NCBI GenBank assembly: GCA_010356995.1
Contig: ML996696.1
Span: forward strand, 126,364-190,363
DNA length: 64,000 bases
Direction of reading: 5' to 3'
DNA from: Trichodelitschia bisporula
Lineage: Eukaryota
The notes under the pieces were generated by a model, which ran no database searches, had not been told where the DNA came from, and saw only the letters and a list, made by a program, of their open reading frames with translations. Shown here in pieces: positions 11,568 to 22,000 of the stretch (its first letter is position 1; each line of letters begins with the position of its first letter). A program made the position numbers and the translations under genes.

Positions 11568-11870
11568 ATGTGCCACACAACACTCCTCCGCCATCGCTGC
11601 GGACACCTCTTCCTGGTTCTGCAGTATCCGTGTGCGCCGGGCCGCGACTTGATGGCCTGTCCGAACTTCTACGACGGCGCAACGAGCTACAACCACACGA
11701 GGATATCGGAACATCGGGCGCCGCCGCATAGCTGTCCGCTGTGCCACTTCCACGGCAACTACAACCGGCGGTACTGCCGTCAAGTTCTCCGCGATCAGAG
11801 CGGTGTGCGACTTGGTCTTGGTCCGTCGCGCCATCATCCGGGCGTTGACTGTCCGTGCGTGGTTATGTAG
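11568..11870 (+). CDS. Small Cys/His-rich protein ending in CaaX (CVVM)
   Basis: MC-x8-CGH...PC...CP...CPLC pattern and C-terminal DCPCVVM. Paralogous to the next gene. Confidence 0.75.
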   Translation: MCHTTLLRHRCGHLFLVLQYPCAPGRDLMACPNFYDGATSYNHTRISEHRAPPHSCPLCHFHGNYNRRYCRQVLRDQSGVRLGLGPSRHHPGVDCPCVVM

Positions 11871-12063
11871 TGCACTGCACCGCTCCTTCCGCACCACATT
11901 GTCCCAGAAACGTCATCCCCGCCAACTCGACCCCGTAAATCAACTGCCCGGCCTCGACAACACTTGCATTCTGACAACAAACCTGCACCTTCTCATTTCA
12001 ACAACAATTCGGACGCGCATCGCAACACAATCATCACAGAGTTATCGCCGCCATATCGTCAAA

Positions 12064-12861
12064 ATGTGTTTGTGCGATCACTTTGTCCACCCATGCGGCC
12101 ACGCCTACCTCCTGCTCAAGGATCCCTGTGAGCCGGATCGCACCTTTTTAAACTGCCCCGTCTTCCATTACGGCACTTTGGAGTTCCTCAACACGAGTCC
12201 GCCGTTCCCCGCCCGCAATGTCGAACCCGGTACCTGCCCGATATGCGATATACCCGCACCTCTTGATGATCGCTACGTGCAGCTCGTGAGCCGACACCGC
12301 ATTCCTGGCCATCGGAGCATCTACTTCTGCTTCGACGATGACGGCATGGCCAACCGCTATGATCATTACGACAGGTACGATGAGCGGGGGCGTCACCGGT
12401 ACGCTCGCCACGATCGCTTGGACCCGGATGGCGGCAACTACTATAGGAGCGTGCGATACGACAACCAGGTCACTCTCTATAATGATGGCAACCCGGGCAA
12501 CCAGCTCGGTCTCTACAATGGTGGCGACCGGGTCCGCCTCTACGATGGTGCAGGCCCGCTCTTCAACCGCAGCAATCGGTTTGGCCCTCTTTACAATCGT
12601 GGCGATCAATTCGGTTCTTTCTACAGCGGTAGCAACCAGTACGGTTCTTTGTTCGACCACATTGAGCGGTACGGTCTTGATCCCAACATCGTTGATCAGC
12701 ACGTAATGTGTCGTCGGCGCCGGACTAGGTCGACCCATACGCGCCGTTCCAGATACCACACGCCTGATGTCCATTCCACCACGAGGTATGAGCGGAACGA
12801 ACGCTACGAGCGCAACTACAATCGTGGGGGCAATCAGTGTGGGAGCTGTTCGGTTATGTAA
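12064..12861 (+). CDS. Cys/His-rich protein with N/G/Y-rich repeats ending in CaaX (CSVM)
   Basis: aaaATG context, MC-x8-CGH...PC...CP...CPIC aligned with the upstream paralog, C-terminal QCGSCSVM. Confidence 0.75.
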   Translation: MCLCDHFVHPCGHAYLLLKDPCEPDRTFLNCPVFHYGTLEFLNTSPPFPARNVEPGTCPICDIPAPLDDRYVQLVSRHRIPGHRSIYFCFDDDGMANRYDHYDRYDERGRHRYARHDRLDPDGGNYYRSVRYDNQVTLYNDGNPGNQLGLYNGGDRVRLYDGAGPLFNRSNRFGPLYNRGDQFGSFYSGSNQYGSLFDHIERYGLDPNIVDQHVMCRRRRTRSTHTRRSRYHTPDVHSTTRYERNERYERNYNRGGNQCGSCSVM

Positions 12862-13231
12862 GGCTGCGCGATCTGTCCTGTGACGTGGTTTTGTCTGATC
12901 ATCACCACGGCTGGCAGCCCGTCGTACCCCTACCGGTTTGCAAGCCCTTGGATCTGAACTGCGCCCCCGAGTTTGCCCTCACAATTCGACGAGAGATTTA
13001 CTATGCACTCTTGCACGGTTTTCACCCGCTTTGTCGCTGCCACTTCACGCCTGAATTTCTCCTATGGCAGCCCCCACATTGGACCCCTCGATTAGCCAAC
13101 ACCATACATCTCGGAAAGACTTCCATGGACACCTGCTGGTACCTTCAACTGGTTGTTATCATCGCTTCCACCCTGACCATGACTCCGGAACGCCTTGCCT
13201 AGGTAAGATATAGGCCCCCCTTCCTTCTCCT

Positions 13232-13312
13232 GCGGATGATTATACATTTTTAACCCTGAGTGCTACGGCGCGACGAGGATCAAAACGCAACACTCTAATT
13301 TTTTCATGACGC
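13232..13312 (+). ncRNA. Intronic box C/D snoRNA, copy 1
   Basis: GCG/CGC terminal stem, C box ATGATTA, D' CTGA, D box ATGA. Guide AACACTCTAATTTTTTC is complementary to the conserved 18S rRNA sequence GAAAAAAUUAGAGUGUU. Lies inside a GTAAGA...GCTAAC...CAG intron (13203 to about 13376). Confidence 0.85.
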
Positions 13313-13508
13313 TTATCTTATACGATTCATGTTCCTGAGACCCGGGCGAAGAGATGCTAACGAGGTCAGCCTGCAGATCGTCATCGATTATGAAATGGCC
13401 TCGGACTCCGCCTCGGACTTTAGCGGTGGATTCTCAGTGACGTACATTTTCGTCGTCGGGTTACCGGAAGGGTACGTGGCCTCTTTTCTTCCCCTTCTCA
13501 TTGCTCCT

Positions 13509-13591
13509 GGCGGATGATTATTCCTTTTTAACCCTGATGCTTCGGCTTCTGAAGATCAAAAACAGCAACACTTTAATTTTTTGATGACGCC
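13509..13591 (+). ncRNA. Intronic box C/D snoRNA, copy 2 (paralog of copy 1)
   Basis: GGCG/CGCC stem, ATGATTA, CTTTTTAAC-C-CTGA, C' TGAAGA, AACACTTTAATTTTTT-G-ATGA. Lies inside a GTACGT...GCTGAC...CAG intron (13472 to about 13651). Confidence 0.85.
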
Positions 13592-13820
13592 TTTCGTATC
13601 CAGTACTCTCATTGCACAAAGTGAATGGACTCGGCTGACGATGTAAAGCAGATCTTTCAGTTGGGGGCACTCGGTTTCCATCGTGGACGTATGGGTGGTT
13701 GAGGAAGTATTAACATAGTGCATCTACGAGTACCTAGACAAAATCTTACAATCACTTCCCACCAATGCTCAAGACGTGACAATATATTTTCTCGATTACA
13801 TTACACTACCCAACGCGGCT

Positions 13821-15944
13821 CTACCGCCGCCTACTAACCCCCTTCTTCCCATTCTCCTGCCCCAGCCCACCAACCTCCTCACTCAACTCCTGCCACAGCT
13901 GCCCGATTCCCACTCGCTTCGCAGGCAACATGGAATACTGCAGGCTGTACAGGTTCTTGCGGTGGATGGGCGGGACAAAGCGCCCGGTCGCCAGGCACAG
14001 CATCACCCCGGGCGACGCGTAGTGCTTGCGGATGCGGTTGCCCAGGCTGACGTAGCTGTTGAGCATCGCACTGAGGGGGAGGGGGACGGACTGGTGCGGG
14101 TTAGCTGGGTCTCGCTTCGGGGATGTGTTTACTGGGCTGGGGGACGGTACCTTCAAGTGTACAAGCGCAACATGCGCCTCCCCCTCCTGCACGGGCGGCA
14201 CACACAACTCAAACTTAATCCCCCCCGGCAACCTCCTACTATCCTTAAACCGCAGCATGAGCGCAAAAAGGGGAAAATGATTCAAACACGCAAGACACGT
14301 ATCCAGCCCCGCCTTGAGCATTATAATCGCCATCCGGGCCCCGGCGAACGTGATGTAGAACACGAAGACCGTGGGGAGGAGGAAGAAAAGGAGGGTGAAG
14401 AGGATGGTGCCGAGGAGGAGTTGGTCCAGGTCGTAGTCGCAGGAGTCGATTCGGCTGCGGAGGACGTTGTTTTTTTTGCCTCGGAAGAGGTGGAAGAGCG
14501 ACATGATGATGGTGAGTTGCCAGTGGAAGATCCGGGCGCTGGCGGCGTAGAAACTGTAGACGTGTAGCGTGAGGACGGAGACGAGGTCTGAGAAGAGCGA
14601 TATGGGCATGGTGGCGCCCGCGAAGGCGCTGAAGCCGATGAAGCGGACTACGGCGGGTAAGTGCGGGCGTAGCACTGCCATGCATCCGGCCCAGTAGTCG
14701 ATGACCCAGAGGAACAAGTCGCCTAGGAAAGTAGCGAGTTCGGTGTTGAGCTTGAGGCCTGCGGGCCAGTCCATCAACCACGCGATCATGCGCTGCAGCC
14801 CGTCGATCGTCCACGCATCGAGCACGCGGTCCAGTTGCAGCGCCACCAGGTCCGCGTTGTCGATTATGTAGCTGCCCAGCGCAATACCGATGATCACGTC
14901 GTTCGCGACCAGCCACAAGCTGTTGTAGAAGCGGATATACTCCGGGTGGCTGTGGGTTATACTCTGCCATGTCTGCTTCCGGCGGCGCAGGGTCAGGTAC
15001 TGCTTCGGCCAGTAGCAGAACTGTTGAAGCCGGATGTCGACCTGTTGCGCTGTGGCGCTGACGTCCTTGAGCGCCGCGTGCCCCGGAAACAAGCGCCAGT
15101 CCAGCACGTGCAAGACTAATTCGGCGGCCATGCGGTGCACGATGAGCCCGACGACGAAGAGCCGTGCGAAGACGGGGTATATCCATATTACGATCACGTG
15201 CCACAGGGCCAGTAACACGTAGTCCCACAGGTTAGTCGCGGACTTGACAACGCGTTCGCTGACGCTGAGGGCGCGCCGGGGCCGGGACCCTACGAGGCCT
15301 ACGTTGCGCTGGAGTAGAGCGTTGAGTTCGAAGGAACAGTTTATTTGCTCGATTATGATGGGCAGCAGCTTTTCCTTGGGCGTGTGCGCGTGCCAGACCA
15401 CGGTGTGCTGGCGCAGTTTCTCGACGAGCGCTTCTTTGCGCCGGCGTTCGCGCTCTTCGGCTGCTTCGACGCCGTCAAGGGGGGGGAACCCTTTTTCGCC
15501 GGCTTTGTCGCCTAGCGCGAGGGAGATGGGCGATAGGCTGAGGTACTGCATTTGCGTTGGGTGCGGGCGGTCGAACAGGATGATTTGGAACATGAGTGCC
15601 GTGGCGCCGGTGTAGAGGCGCGGGAAGCGCGTTTTGCGGTCTATGGACACGACGATGGATGCCGGGTTGAAGGCCGCGGGGGGGGAGCGCGGATTCACGG
15701 TCCCGAGGACCTGGAGCGCGCCCTTGCCGCAGCGTTCGAGGACGAGGGATATAGCATACGGACTATTGCGGTAGAGCGTCTCGAGGCGGAGCGCATTGTC
15801 CACGCTACGGAGCTCGACATCCTGCAGCACGGCCACGACCGTCATGTCCAGCTCTGAGTTGCGGAAGCCGACTAGCACGCCTGGCCGCGCTTCGGTGGGC
15901 GCGTCGGACGGCCAGAAGATGCGCATGAGGCCATTGTGGAGCAT
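13821..15944 (-). CDS. GPI1: GPI-GlcNAc transferase subunit Gpi1 (PIG-Q); in-frame 60-nt intron 14091-14150
   Basis: FYNSLWLVANDVIIG, WLMDWPAGLKLNTEL and LFRGKKNNVLRSRIDS...DQLLLGTILFT motifs. Confidence 0.96.
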   Translation of the reverse strand: MLHNGLMRIFWPSDAPTEARPGVLVGFRNSELDMTVVAVLQDVELRSVDNALRLETLYRNSPYAISLVLERCGKGALQVLGTVNPRSPPAAFNPASIVVSIDRKTRFPRLYTGATALMFQIILFDRPHPTQMQYLSLSPISLALGDKAGEKGFPPLDGVEAAEERERRRKEALVEKLRQHTVVWHAHTPKEKLLPIIIEQINCSFELNALLQRNVGLVGSRPRRALSVSERVVKSATNLWDYVLLALWHVIVIWIYPVFARLFVVGLIVHRMAAELVLHVLDWRLFPGHAALKDVSATAQQVDIRLQQFCYWPKQYLTLRRRKQTWQSITHSHPEYIRFYNSLWLVANDVIIGIALGSYIIDNADLVALQLDRVLDAWTIDGLQRMIAWLMDWPAGLKLNTELATFLGDLFLWVIDYWAGCMAVLRPHLPAVVRFIGFSAFAGATMPISLFSDLVSVLTLHVYSFYAASARIFHWQLTIIMSLFHLFRGKKNNVLRSRIDSCDYDLDQLLLGTILFTLLFFLLPTVFVFYITFAGARMAIIMLKAGLDTCLACLNHFPLFALMLRFKDSRRLPGGIKFELCVPPVQEGEAHVALVHLKVPSPSPVNTSPKRDPANPHQSVPLPLSAMLNSYVSLGNRIRKHYASPGVMLCLATGRFVPPIHRKNLYSLQYSMLPAKRVGIGQLWQELSEEVGGLGQENGKKGVSRRR

Positions 15945-15954
15945 GGGTGCTATT

Positions 15955-16321
15955 TTAGAAGGAGCCGCGGCGCTTGAGCTGCTCGCGCGCGGAGATGCCG
16001 CCGCTGGGGGTGCGGGGGTGCTTTGCGGGGTTAGTTGGCGGAGGGCGACGGGGAGGAGACGTACTAGGTCTGTTTCGCGGACGGCGAGGCGCTCGATGGG
16101 GATTATGAATAGGAAGAAGAAGATGGAGAGGATGGTGAAGCCTTTGGCGGCGCGCGTCTGGGAGCGGTTAGGGGTGCGGCAGAAGACAGTGGCATACGCA
16201 CAACAACGCCGTGGTCCCAGGCAAAGATAGCCAGCTCATATAGTCGGGTGACAAGGTCCCACCTTGCGGTAATGTACCCAGCGACGAATATGCCCAAGGT
16301 TATACCGGAGAAGGGGTGCAT
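15955..16321 (-). CDS. 92-aa two-TM membrane protein directly upstream of GPI1; introns 16158-16201 and 16021-16064
   Basis: Two 44-nt canonical introns with CTAAC branch sites give exons of 40+31+22 codons: MHPFSGITLGIFVAGYITARWDLVTRLYELAIFAWDHGVVTRAAKGFTILSIFFFLFIIPIERLAVRETDLHPRTPSGGISAREQLKRRGSF*. Confidence 0.85.
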
Positions 16322-16908
16322 AGGCCTTGGGGGTTTGCGTCTCTGGCGGAGGAGGGCTATTGGCGGTACAGCGGTGAGCGGAGGGGGTTACGGAAGAAAG
16401 CTGTTGTTGTCATTGTCTACAGATGGTTCGGTGGAGGTGGGTGAGTGAAGGCGATCTGGGAGCGCAGATTGTCAATAGAGATGAAGCGGCGGTCCTGGTG
16501 TTGAGGGTCCGTGCGCTTCAACATGGCGCTTCAACGTATATTAAGCGCCTCTGCCGCCTGCCGCCAATGACAGCAGGCGCGAAACAACGGCGCCAAGCTA
16601 TATGAGGAAAGATGTATACTTGGCAACGACGCTGTGGCGCCGCACTGCGATCGGTCAAGTGGCGCATGGTGATGTGGCTGGTTCAGCTCACCTGCAGACT
16701 AGGAACATCGCGTGGTCCATGCCTTTGTACCTTTCCTTCTCTCATCTGCGACAAACCTCTCCACACTTTCATTCACCACTCTTTCTCTATTGTCACACCT
16801 CCACAGGTTCTCTTCGCCCTCCCCACCTCCTTCCTCCACTACTTCATCGCATTTCCACATTCCTTCGCAAACCGAGCTTCCGCTGCCCTCCGTGGCGCAT
16901 CATCAGCT

Positions 16909-18769
16909 ATGGCTGTCTGTAAATTCTGGCAGCGCGGGAGCTGCAATCGCGGATGTGAGCACACTCTGATCTCTACAATACTGGGAGGCTGACCATATAG
17001 CCGAATGCAATTTCGCGCATCCTCCAAACGCGAACCCCAACGCCAACAACAATGCCAGCCGCCCCCAAAACCGCCCTCCGAGCCGTCCGCAAGGCGACCA
17101 CTATCGACAGGGTGACAACTATCGACCGAACAACTTTGGGCGCGGTCGTGACAACAGCCGAGGTCGTGACAACAACCGACCCCCTCCGGGCCCAGCCCAG
17201 CATCATGGCGGAGGCCGCGGCGACGGTGGTGGTGGCTACGACAACAGACGACCGTTCGACACCCGGCAGCAAGACAACCGACACAACGACAACCGGGGCT
17301 ATGACAACCGGAACGACACCCGCGGCCGCAGCCGTGGTCGCGACACACCCGTGAACAAAGAGAAGGAGCGCATCGAGCCCAACATGATCTACCAAGACCT
17401 AATGTGGGAACTCCCCGAATGGCCCCTCTCCTGCTACGCCCCAAAACCCGAAGTTCCCATCAACCTATTCTCCGGCCCAACCGAACAAAGCCCCGAAGAA
17501 GTGCGCATAGAATACTACCTCGCGCGCCTCCAAGGCGCAGAGCCACAAGCAGTTTGTCCCTCCACCGCCCCTCCCGTACGCACCCCGCTAATCCGCTCCT
17601 AGCAAGCAGCCGAAGCTGGCGCCGCTGCCGCCGCCTCGCAGCTGCGCTCCCAGGCCATGGGCGATCTTGCCGGTGCGGTTAAGCATGTCGTTGCTGCGTT
17701 CCGCGAGCATCCGAACCGGTTTGACGTCTGCCGGGAGAGTTCGACTGCGCCGCGCAACTCGACGCTTTTTGCGCGTGATAACCGGCCTCGTGTGCAGCGT
17801 CAAGCGCAGAACGCGCCTGTGCAATCGAATGGGTCGTTTGGACAGCCTAGCCAGCCTGCTTTTAGCCAGCCTAGTCAGCCGGCGTTTGGTCAACCGAGCC
17901 AGCCCTTTGCTCAGCCAACACCCACACCCTTTAGTCAACCGTCACAGCCCGCTTTTGGTCAACCGTCACAACCAGCCTTCGGTCAACCGTCTCAGCCTTC
18001 TAACCCCTTCAATCAACCCGCTCAGCCCGCCTTCAATCAACCCGCTCAACCCGCCTTCGGTCAACCGTCGCAACCCGCTTTTGGCCAACCGTCACAGCCA
18101 ACACAGTCATTCGGCCAGCCCTTCCAGCAACCACAGCAGCAAGCTTTTAGCCAACCCAATCCCTTCCAACAACCTGCCCAACCTGCCTTCGGTCAACCGT
18201 CGCAACCCGCGCAGTCATCCTTTGGCCAACCTTCTGCGCCCACGCCGTTCCAGCAACAACAACCAACCTTCGCCCAACCCCAGCCGCAAGGCATTCCCGC
18301 TACTCCCTTTGGGCGACCACCAGCAGAGAATGCGTTCGGAGGCGATGCCTCGAATTCCTTCGCAGGACAGAACGGTTTCACACAGCAGCAAGCTCCACAA
18401 CAAAACGGCTTCGACCAGCAAAACAGCTTCCAGTCACGGCCTCCGCAGAACGGATTCAGCAATCAAAACCCGTTCCAGACACAACCGCAGCAGAACGGAT
18501 TCAGTCAGCAGAATCCCTTCCAGTCCCAGCCTCAACAGCAGAGCTTTGGACAGAACGGCGCGGGCCGGCAGTTCGACCCTAACCCGATGTTGAACCCGAA
18601 TTTCGATCCCCCGGCTGAGATGTACGTCGATATGGCGCCCTACCACCAGGAGTACCAGAAGGTGGTGCAGACGAAGCGTTTTGTGAATGAGCATATGCCG
18701 GAGTTGGCGCCGCCATTGCGCTGGGTTTTTCCGGTTAGGAATGAGGGGTTGGAGGGGCCGCCGCAGTGA
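16909..18769 (+). CDS. AMO1: CCCH zinc-finger FG nucleoporin (Amo1/Nup42/NUPL2-like); introns 16955-17000 and 17552-17602
   Basis: MAVCKFWQRGSCNRGSECNFAHP zinc finger, PEWPLSCYAP...EQSPEEVR, many AFGQPSQP repeats, and a C-terminal MPELAPP Gle1-binding-like motif. Confidence 0.88.
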
Positions 18770-19019
18770 TCAGATATGGATGCAGCTTTTGAGGATTAGG
18801 GATTTGTAGGATTTGTACTGGTGGATACTGGGGGTTAGGATGGTACTGATACCCATGGTTTTTGTGTTTGTATTGCATAGCAAGGTGGATTATGGGGGTG
18901 ATATTTGTACATGGCTCGAGCGTGCGAGTGGATAGGGCGCGGATCTTGCAATATGCATCTGGCAAGACATGAAATAGTATGGAGAAGTTTGATTTCGAAC
19001 TAGAACTAGCATTCTGACC

Positions 19020-22000
19020 CGACGCACCCGACCGCGCAATGTCCTGGTGTTGTTCCAGGCCTGGCCGCACACCCATCGGTCCCACTCCACACCCACCCGG
19101 CCCGAGACATCTCGTTCACGCTCTTCAGGCCTAGCTTCGTGCGCGGCGCATCCGCTGATATATCCGTATCCATCTGCCGTACATCCCTTACCCAAAGTCC
19201 AGTAATTCTTGACACGGCACACCACACGGCGCAATAAGCTGCGTCGCTGTTTGGCCCGGCCCGGGATATGTGTCCTTTGCGTCGGACGCCCGGCTCCGTG
19301 CCAGCGGAGAGGCGCACGCACCACAGCACAATATGTCCTCCCCCTCGGTGACCCGGCTGCATCCTCGAGCTCGATACACCGCCCGCCCGGCCCGGAACAT
19401 GCATCCTTTGGGTTGGCTGCCCGACTTCGTGCCAGCGGAGCGGCGCACGCGCCACCGCGCAATTCCTCGTCGTCCTCGGGGACCCGGCTGCAGCTCTCAA
19501 CTTCAAGCCACCCCGCCCGGGCCAGGACATGCACTCCTAGCCTCCCGGGTCCAGGATATGCAATGACATTCTGCGGTGCCCGACTTCGTGCTGGCGGTGT
19601 AGCTGTGCAGACCACACACCACCGCGCAATTTAGCCTTTAGGTCGGACATCCGGCTGTATGCCTCGAGCTCAATAAAGCCCCGCCCGACCCGAGCCATTT
19701 ATCATGACGGTGGTGTGCCTAACAACGTGCCAGCGCAGACACGCACACCCCACCGCGCAATTCGTCGTCGTCCTCCCGGGCCCGGCTGCGCCCCTCACCC
19801 GGATCGAACGCCCGCCCGGCCCGGGCATGTACTCCTAGCCTCCCGGTCCAGGAAATGCAATGACAGTCTGCGGTGCCCGACTTCGTGCCGGCGGTGTAGG
19901 TGTGCACACCACACACCACCGCGCAATCGTTCTTCGTCGTCGGTGTCCCGGCTGTACCCCTCACCCGGACTGGGCACCCGCTCGGCCCGAGCTATTTGTC
20001 ATGACAGTGGTGTGCCTAACAACGTGCCAGCGCAGACGCGCACACCCCACCGCGCAATTCCTCATCGTCCTCGCGGACCCGGCTTATCCCTCACTGGGAT
20101 CGAACACCCGCCCGGCCCGAGCCATGCGCCTTCACGGTGGCGTGCCTAACTGCATTTCGGCTCAGACGCGCACACCCCACCCAATGACGCTGGATGAACG
20201 GTGACCCGGCTAACGAGCCGTGCTCCTTTGACCTTAAGTCCAATACCTGCCCGGCCCGGGATATGTGTCCTTTGCGTCGGACGCCCGCCTTCGCCCCGGT
20301 GGAGCGGAAGTGCGCGCACAACGCACCACCGCGCAATCGTTCTTCGTCGTCGGTGTCCCGGCCGCACTCCTCACTCGGATCGAATACCAGCCCGGCCCGA
20401 GCAATGTTGAGTTTGCTTGGTGCGCCTAACTGCGTGCCAGCGCGGACGCGCACACTGCACCCAATGACGCTGGATGGACGGTGACCCGACCACCGGGCCG
20501 TGTTCCTTCAACCTGAAGTTCCACACCTGCTCAGCTCGCGATATGGAGCTTCAGCGTGACGTGCTTAGCTTCTTTCCGGCGGCGTAGATGCGCACAACCA
20601 CGCACCGCCGCGCAATTATCTTCATCGTCATCGGACCAGCCGTGTCCCTCGTATCAAGCACCAGCCCCAGCCCGAGCCATTCTTTCTCAGGGTGGGACGC
20701 CTGTCTTCGTGTCAGCGCGGACGCGCACACCCCACCCAATCACGCTTGAGTGTTCGTGGCCCGACCACCGGGCCGTATTTCTTCAACTTTGCGTTCAACA
20801 CCTCGTCGGCTGGGGACATGGAGCTTCAGCGCGACGTGCCCGGATTCATACAGTCGGTGTAGATGCGCACGCCACGCACCGCCGCGTAATGATTCCTCAT
20901 CGTCGGTGACCCGGCCGCATCCCCTCTGGCCCCGGCACACCACACGGCGCAATACACTCTCCTCCTCAGGGACCCGGCTGCATTCCTTGACTCCGATGCA
21001 CGCCCCCGCCCGGATGAAGACATACCCCCTCAGCGGAACGGACCCGGCTTCGTGCCAGCGCAGATGCACACACCCACCCAATGTTCCTGGAGAGTCTGTG
21101 GCCCGGCCACCGGGCCGTATTCCTTCTACCTCAAGTCTAACACCTCGTCGGCCGGGGACATGGAGCTTCAGAGTGACGTGCCCGGATTCGTACGGGCGTA
21201 GAGGCGCACACCAGGTAACGCCATGCAATCATTGCTCGTCGTCGCCGGCAGAGACAAATGATCCTCGGCAAGATTCCAAATTGAGGCTTAGTAGTTCGAT
21301 GGCTCTCTCTTCTAACCCGGCTGCATCGTCTCTTGACCCGGCACACCACACGGCGCAATACTAGCTCCTGCAGCTGGATCCGGCTGAATTCCTTGCCTCC
21401 GATGCACGCCCCCGCCCGGACGAAGACATAGTTCTGGGGCGTCACGGGCCCGGCTTCGTACCAGCGGCGTGAATGTGCGCGCACCACACCGCGCAATTCA
21501 TCTTGAGCTATGTTGACCCGGCAGCGTCCCTCGAGCTCAATATACCCCCACCTGGCCCGAGCCATGACCTGGTTGGTTGGTATGCCTGCCTTCGTCCCGG
21601 CGGTGCATCCGTGCCCCCAGCACACCCCACGGCGCAATGTTTAGATCCCGGTATGCCCCGGGCCGCACCGTGAACTCGAAGCCAAGACCCGCCCGGCCCG
21701 GGACATGCATGACCGCTTCCCGGCGCCCGACTTCGTCCCGGCAGCTTAGGTGCGCGCACCACACCCCACCGCGCAATACGTCGTCATCATCCTCGTCCCG
21801 GATCTGGGCGCGTCCTTCGACTTCGATCCACCGCCCGTCCAGCCCGGGTCATAGCTCTTGACGTAGGTACGCCTGAGTACTAGTAGCGTAGACGTGCACA
21901 CCCCCCACCCCAGAAATAGGTGCATGTGGGAAGGGGCCCGGCAAAGAAGTAGTCCAGACCGGACTTGGATTGGAAGACCCGGGTGTTGGCCCACCACACC

